From the NCBI RefSeq assembly GCF_008189405.1, contig NZ_CP043316.1, positions 450,001 through 482,000 on the forward strand: a stretch of 32,000 nucleotides of DNA. The letters are read 5' to 3'. The stretch comes from Candidatus Saccharimonadota bacterium (GTDB lineage: Bacteria; Pseudomonadota; Alphaproteobacteria; CAJXXZ01; 1604HC). Numbering within the stretch: position 1 is the stretch's first letter; every line of letters begins with the position of its first letter. Shown piece by piece: positions 26,700-32,000 of this stretch. A program made the position numbers and the translations under genes. The notes below the pieces were generated by a model that saw only the letters and a list, made by a program, of their open reading frames with translations, ran no database searches and was not told where the DNA came from.

Positions 26700-28343
26700 A
26701 TGATTGATAATGATATAAAAAAAATAAATCAAATGATTGAAAAGTTTGATTTTAGTGATTTAATAAATCAGTGTAATAGCACATCAAATTTAGTAAATCA
26801 TGGTAACAATAAGAATGATGGCACAATATATGATACGCAATATGATAATCAAAAACATTCGCATAATAAAATTGAAATCAATAAGCAAGATTATCTTGAT
26901 AAATCAAATCAAAATGAGACAAACCACTATAACGAAATTAGTGATGCATATAATCAAATCGAAAGTCTAGAAAACATTCCAGAATATAATGATTTCCAAA
27001 GCTTTGAAGCATCAAATATATATAATGCACACAATAAAGCAACCAACCATTCAAATGATATGCATCATACTAATACACCTTATATGCATAATGTAAATCC
27101 TAATAAGTTTAATAGCTTTAATTCAAATGTAAGCGCATCATTAGATGTATATCAAATACGTGAAGATTTTCCAATTTTACATAAAAAAGTACATGGTAAA
27201 CCTTTAATATGGCTTGATAATGGAGCAACATCTCAAAAACCCAAGCATGTAATTGATGCAATTTCCACCTATTATTCTCAATATAATTCAAATGTCCACC
27301 GAGGAGTTCATACTCTATCACAAGAAGCATCAGATTTATTTGACCAAGCTAGGGAAACAGTAGCAAGCTTTATTAATGCATCTTCTGCAACTGAAATCAT
27401 CTTTACAAAAGGGGCAACTGAAGGGTTAAATCTAATATCTAATACTATTGGCAAGCAGAAAATTCAAGCAGGAGACGAGATTCTTATTACACAATTGGAA
27501 CACCACTCAAATATTTTACCATGGCGTAAATTAGCACAAGAACACAATGCACATCTTAAGATAGTTCCAATTAATGCAAATGGGGATATTATGCTCGATG
27601 CATATTCAAACTTATTAAACTCTCGCACGAAAATTGTTGCATTATCTCACGTTGCAAACTCAATTGGGGCATTAGTACCAATAGAAAATATGATTCAACA
27701 AGCAAAAGCATTTGGCGCTATAACTGTTATCGATGGAGCACAATCAATACCACACATGAAGATTGATGTACAAAAGTTAGATTGTGATTTCTTTATATTT
27801 TCAGGGCACAAAATGTTTGCACCTACTGGTACTGGAGTTGTATATGGGAAAGAATACCTATTAAAAAACAATATTCCATATCAAGTTGGTGGCGGAATGA
27901 TACAAAATGTCACATATGAAGATGTACAATATGCTGATTCTCCGTATATATACGAAGCTGGAACTGCAAATTTAGCTGATATAGAAGGATTACGCGCTGC
28001 GATCAATTATTTAGATCAATTGGATATGAATAAGATTGAGCAATATGAGCATCAATTAGTTGAATATGCATATGAACAAATGTCTATGCTTAATCATGTG
28101 AATATTATTGGAAATCCTAGCACTCGCGTGGGTGTGATTTCATTTATTGTGCATAATATGGATAATAATGAGATTGGTAGAATATTAGATAAGGAAGGCA
28201 TTGCTGTTAGGACTGGCCACCATTGCGCGCAACCAGCGATACGCCACTTCGGGGTAGAAGGAACAGTACGCGCATCATTCGCCTTTTACAATACATATGA
28301 AGAAGTAGATAAGCTGATTGAAATATTACGAAATATTTGCTAG
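26700..28343 (+). CDS. group II (SufS/CsdA-type) cysteine desulfurase with a 147-aa low-complexity N-terminal extension (putative encapsulin cargo)
   Basis: Start chosen at ATG 26700, preceded by GAGGGA; the ORF-track start 26604 overlaps the shell gene and has no SD. The core runs from LDVYQIREDFPIL. WLDNGATSQKP, HHSNILPW, the SGHK PLP-lysine motif and the RTGHHCAQP catalytic-Cys loop are present. Residues 1-147 are N/H/Q-rich. Confidence 0.9.
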   Translation: MIDNDIKKINQMIEKFDFSDLINQCNSTSNLVNHGNNKNDGTIYDTQYDNQKHSHNKIEINKQDYLDKSNQNETNHYNEISDAYNQIESLENIPEYNDFQSFEASNIYNAHNKATNHSNDMHHTNTPYMHNVNPNKFNSFNSNVSASLDVYQIREDFPILHKKVHGKPLIWLDNGATSQKPKHVIDAISTYYSQYNSNVHRGVHTLSQEASDLFDQARETVASFINASSATEIIFTKGATEGLNLISNTIGKQKIQAGDEILITQLEHHSNILPWRKLAQEHNAHLKIVPINANGDIMLDAYSNLLNSRTKIVALSHVANSIGALVPIENMIQQAKAFGAITVIDGAQSIPHMKIDVQKLDCDFFIFSGHKMFAPTGTGVVYGKEYLLKNNIPYQVGGGMIQNVTYEDVQYADSPYIYEAGTANLADIEGLRAAINYLDQLDMNKIEQYEHQLVEYAYEQMSMLNHVNIIGNPSTRVGVISFIVHNMDNNEIGRILDKEGIAVRTGHHCAQPAIRHFGVEGTVRASFAFYNTYEEVDKLIEILRNIC

Positions 28344-28402
28344 TTTCCTGAATCTTTTGTATTAATCACAATAGGTAAAAGTATAGAAAAATGAAATTCT
28401 AA

Positions 28403-28433
28403 TCCAATGTATCACCTTACTAGTGATATTGGA
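28403..28433. terminator. imperfect inverted repeat between convergent genes (possible bidirectional terminator)
   Basis: TCCAATGTATCAC-cttacta-GTGATATTGGA, with a 2-nt bulge. There is no clear U-tract, so support is weak. Confidence 0.3.
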
Positions 28434-28455
28434 ATTAATGGCGCACCTACGTCAA

Positions 28456-29661
28456 TTATTTTTTGTTTGCAGCCGCTCTATATGCACCATAACTACCATA
28501 ACTAACAGGTGTATCTTTAAATAAATCAAACAATCCATATCCCCAACCTATATTACCACCAATTGGAACATCAATAACTGTCACACTACCTTTCCTTTGA
28601 CTCCTATCCTCAATTTTTTCCTTCAATATAGCACAGTTAACATCATAACTTTGGAACTGCTTCAGAACGCTATATGGAATTATGCAATTATCATCACTAT
28701 TCATTAAATATTCTGTGCCCCTATAATCTTTGGAATTTAACAATTGTAATATACGACTTGCATCAGCTGCTCCATGATCATCATGATTGATACCCTTATA
28801 TATCTCATTCAATATATCATCTGGAACACCTATTTCTGCCAAACAATCTATAGATACATGAATTGGGTTATCTGCATTATGCGTGCTATCAAACTCATTA
28901 TTAATTTTCTCTTCAACACATTCCTCTAACTTTGGTTTTATTTCATACCTCTTGCTATTAATTCCAAATTCAAAATCATTGAGGTTAAAGTTTTGAAAAT
29001 CTCTCATAGCGTCTGGAACTTCATCTGCATCAACTATTTCACCATTAATAATCCATTTTTTACTATTATCATTACTAAATGATCTTGTATTTCTATTAAG
29101 TAATGGATAAATCTTTTCAGCCATAATCTTATTAATTTCTTCACTATGATCTCTTTTTTTCTGCTCCATCTCTTCTTCAATTGCATTAATATTCGCTTCA
29201 TAAATTTCTATTATTCTACGCGCTCCCAGTGCATAGCCTTCCATTCTTATACGCATTGGATCTGTATGATCCATATTTTCTACTTCTTCTACTATATTGT
29301 TCTTCAAACAAAGTATTTCATTCTCCAGCTCATTACGTTTTAGCCCCAACCGAAATAAATCCCCTAAAATGCCTTCGTGCATACATTTTTCAAAATCTTT
29401 CACAGACTGTTCAGTATGTTCAACACAAACCCTTTCGCCCATCTCATATAACTCACTACTTTCTCCTTCAGCAGGAGCTACAATATTTCCGAGTTTGATC
29501 CATGGTAACGGGGGATAAGCAGGATCCGGATTCATATGATGTGGGCCGATAAACCATGTAGTTGGAGTAGTTGTATAAACACTTAATGAACATAGCGACG
29601 CCATATATAGTAAAATTTTCATGAACATACTAGAACACACTATTATCCATAACGCAACCAT
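28456..29661 (-). CDS. hypothetical secreted protein (orphan, with a coiled-coil middle region)
   Basis: 401-aa ORF. The probable start is at MFMKILLYMASLCSLSVYT (about 29628), which looks like a signal peptide. No domain recognised. Confidence 0.6.
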   Translation of the reverse strand: MVALWIIVCSSMFMKILLYMASLCSLSVYTTTPTTWFIGPHHMNPDPAYPPLPWIKLGNIVAPAEGESSELYEMGERVCVEHTEQSVKDFEKCMHEGILGDLFRLGLKRNELENEILCLKNNIVEEVENMDHTDPMRIRMEGYALGARRIIEIYEANINAIEEEMEQKKRDHSEEINKIMAEKIYPLLNRNTRSFSNDNSKKWIINGEIVDADEVPDAMRDFQNFNLNDFEFGINSKRYEIKPKLEECVEEKINNEFDSTHNADNPIHVSIDCLAEIGVPDDILNEIYKGINHDDHGAADASRILQLLNSKDYRGTEYLMNSDDNCIIPYSVLKQFQSYDVNCAILKEKIEDRSQRKGSVTVIDVPIGGNIGWGYGLFDLFKDTPVSYGSYGAYRAAANKK

Positions 29662-29877
29662 TTGATTATGCGTATTTTCGGATCAAAGGCATGAAAAATT
29701 CATTTAATCCATAACAAATTCGCATTTCGAAGAGAGAGAATTGCGTAAACCAATATGGTAAGTATTGCTTAACTCTCATTTATAAATACTGCGCATCACT
29801 TCACTCATCACTCCTTAATAACCTGTTAAATTCCACACATTAATTACCTTTATATGCCATGAAAACCAATAAACATA

Positions 29878-29905
29878 TTGCATTTTCTGTATAATTATCT
29901 ATAAT
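29878..29905 (+). promoter_or_regulatory. sigma70-like promoter for tRNA-Asn
   Basis: TTGCAT (29878-29883), a 16-nt spacer, then TATAAT (29900-29905). The mature tRNA 5' end lies 11 nt downstream. Confidence 0.45.
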
Positions 29906-29915
29906 GTACTTATAT

Positions 29916-29987
29916 TCCTCGGTAGCTCAGCGGTAGAGCAATTGACTGTTAATCAATTGGTCGCTGGTTCGATCCCAGCCCGGGGAG
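29916..29987 (+). tRNA. tRNA-Asn (anticodon GTT)
   Basis: Acceptor stem TCCTCGG/CCGGGGA, D-arm TAGCTCAGCGGTAGAGC, anticodon stem-loop ATTGA-CTGTTAA-TCAAT, T-arm CTGGTTCGATCCCAG, discriminator G. CCA is not encoded. Followed by a T8 run. Confidence 0.95.
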
Positions 29988-30130
29988 TTTTTTTTCTCAA
30001 ACAAATTTATAATAAAAACTGTTTTCCATATAAGTAAGAACTAAAATTATATTGATGAATTTAATAGATTTCTTAATTCATTACAATGCTTATGAATCAT
30101 ATGACTTATTTTAATTAATCATAATGCTAC

Positions 30131-30391
30131 CTATTTTTGTGAAAAATACTTCATCCATAAGCTACTGGTGAGTGGAATAGTAATGAATGAAATAAACAGG
30201 AGAATAATATTCATAAAATGCAGATCTGATAAAAGATAAAACCAAAAAGCGACCCAACCAAATGTTCCTGCATGCAACAATTTGCGTCCATTCCATTTAA
30301 CCATGGTATATAATAAAAATAACACATTTATATAACTCAAACTGAGAAAAACTTTTGACAACATGCTATATTTTGACAGGTTTAAATACAA
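30131..30391 (-). CDS. possible small membrane protein (weak call)
   Basis: 86-aa ORF with two to three hydrophobic segments. No SD or homolog recognised, so it could be spurious. Confidence 0.25.
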   Translation of the reverse strand: MYLNLSKYSMLSKVFLSLSYINVLFLLYTMVKWNGRKLLHAGTFGWVAFWFYLLSDLHFMNIILLFISFITIPLTSSLWMKYFSQK

Positions 30392-30921
30392 TTTACAAAT
30401 TGCAATTGATTAAACGCATATATTAATCTCAAATCAAATCCAAATCTCAGTTGAAGTTTATATTTAAAAAACCACGTCTTAATCGTAAATTATAATACAT
30501 ATATAAATATGGTGAAATATATAATTCCAAAAAATGCTATAAAGAAACAGTATCTAATGATAAACAACCTATATTATATACTTTAATGACCTATATTGTA
30601 TATTATTGCATATACTAGAAATATATTTGTAAAGTAATTCATAAATATTATATATCAACCTGTGAATCATCATATATAAACAAATAATATATATAAGCTA
30701 ATAAGTATATTTGCTTTCTAAGATCATAAACCGTCAATACTACACCAATATTATGCATATTAATAAGTTGCCTATATATCATTTTTCTATATAAAACCAA
30801 ATGCTTCTGGGGAAATTTAATAAATAAATATAATTTTATTGTAAATTTTAATTGAACTGCAGAAAATACATGGTTTTCAGAATTACCTATAAACCATTTG
30901 AATATTTAAATCATTTAAGCA

Positions 30922-32000
30922 TTATTTAATAGAAATATTATCTAAGTAATTTAAATGTCCGAATTTTCCAATTGTGGCTTTAATAAAATCACCAACTTGT
31001 ATATCTGACTTATTATCCCACGAAACATTTTTTTCTTTTCCGTCGAATGTCAAAATACGTAATTTATCTTTATGAATATGGATTATTTTAACAAATGCAA
31101 CTTTGTTCTTACCTTTCATAATTTCAAATACACGAATCAAAGCTTGGTTGATATTACTTTTTTCACCTTGAATCAGAATAGTATTATCTTTTTTATCAAT
31201 ATCAATACGAACGTTTAATGATTCAATATCATTGATTACAGCACCTTTTCTTCCAATAAGAGATGGAATCATATCAGGCTCAATCGATAATTTTACTTGG
31301 CCTTCATTGCCATATTGAGCTCCACTATCTTTCTCTTTAATCATATCATGTTCTGCATTTGGTGAGCTTTTTGATTTCTTCACCTTAATATCTTGATCAT
31401 TTTGTGTCTTATTACGACTCTTTCTATCAGATTGTGGTTTGCTTTCAATTTTATTGCTTTGATTTTCAGCTTTATTATTCTGACCTTCAACTTTATTGCT
31501 TTGTTTATCAATTTTATTATGCTGTCTTTTTACATTTTCATCAGAATATTCAGCTTTAGTGTATTTTTTGGCATTTTCATCATTTGTAGCATTTTCATCA
31601 CTCATTACACTAGTAGGTGCATTTCGTTTTCTTGCATGATCAGGTTTTGCCTGCTTTTCTACATTATCATTAAATTTACTCTGCTTCTTTACATCTTCGT
31701 CAGATTTACTAATGAATTTTGCAGGATACATATTAATAATATTTTTCACACCTTGCATACCAAATTGCATTGCTTCATCAAAAACATTCATAGGAATCCA
31801 AGGTACTTTAATATCCATCTGGATAGATGTAATTCCATTTTGGGTACCAGAAATCTTGAAATCCATATCTCCCCAAGCATCTTCCTGCGCATTAATATCC
31901 ATTAATAAATAATGTCTATATCCTTCTAAAATCAAACCAACAGATATACCAGCAACTGGCTCAATTTTCATGTCAGCATCACGCATAGCCAAGTATGAGG
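30922..32000 (-). CDS. pnp: polyribonucleotide nucleotidyltransferase (PNPase), C-terminal part; the gene continues beyond the window
   Basis: End of the second RNase PH domain (GDMDFKISGTQNGITSIQMDIK), a KH domain (PSLIGRKGAVINDIE) and a degenerate S1 domain. A ~125-aa K/N/Q-rich insertion separates PH2 from KH. The ORF is open to the window edge. Confidence 0.9.
   Translation of the reverse strand, partial: SYLAMRDADMKIEPVAGISVGLILEGYRHYLLMDINAQEDAWGDMDFKISGTQNGITSIQMDIKVPWIPMNVFDEAMQFGMQGVKNIINMYPAKFISKSDEDVKKQSKFNDNVEKQAKPDHARKRNAPTSVMSDENATNDENAKKYTKAEYSDENVKRQHNKIDKQSNKVEGQNNKAENQSNKIESKPQSDRKSRNKTQNDQDIKVKKSKSSPNAEHDMIKEKDSGAQYGNEGQVKLSIEPDMIPSLIGRKGAVINDIESLNVRIDIDKKDNTILIQGEKSNINQALIRVFEIMKGKNKVAFVKIIHIHKDKLRILTFDGKEKNVSWDNKSDIQVGDFIKATIGKFGHLNYLDNISIK

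Noticed and set aside
29988-30000. The T8 run after tRNA-Asn as an intrinsic terminator
   Set aside because: The only upstream stem is the tRNA acceptor/T-arm itself. That arrangement is plausible, but I cannot separate it from simple AT-rich flank, so it is not reported as a feature.
30392-30921. A 530-bp very AT-rich non-coding stretch downstream of pnp, possibly an origin, an island boundary or a decayed gene
   Set aside because: I found no DnaA-box clusters, repeats, inverted termini or residual ORF similarity. There is nothing specific to support any call.

Overview
This is an AT-rich (roughly 30% GC by eye) bacterial chromosome segment. The gene content and the accD, ndk and hda-like sequences look like a reduced, host-associated alphaproteobacterium (Rickettsiales/Holosporales-like); that placement is inference. 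Short housekeeping islands are present: accD, hda-like, an AI-2E permease, pgsA, ndk, RNase P RNA, ddl, murB, tRNA-Asn and the 3' part of pnp. Three accessory blocks interrupt them. (1) About 6.0-19.4 kb holds an eleven-member, same-strand family of secreted V8/S1B-like serine proteases and their derivatives: a form with a degenerate active site, prodomain-only forms, a protease-core-deleted form, and nonsense or frameshift relics. Many members carry a helix-rich tail that ends in a basic, NLS-like cluster, and one carries a histone-H1-like K/P/S/T tail. The family shows recent duplication and mosaic recombination and has invaded the murB-ddl cell-wall cluster. (2) About 20.8-25.2 kb holds two tandemly duplicated ~720-750 aa leucine-rich-repeat proteins with identical N-terminal domains. 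(3) About 25.3-28.3 kb holds a two-gene operon encoding a Family 2 (cNMP-binding-domain, 2B-type) encapsulin shell protein and a SufS-type cysteine desulfurase. The desulfurase has a 147-aa low-complexity N-terminal extension, which fits a compartment-targeted cargo. The encapsulin operon and the modular protease family are the most interesting items. No CRISPR array, rRNA, intact transposase or prophage was seen.
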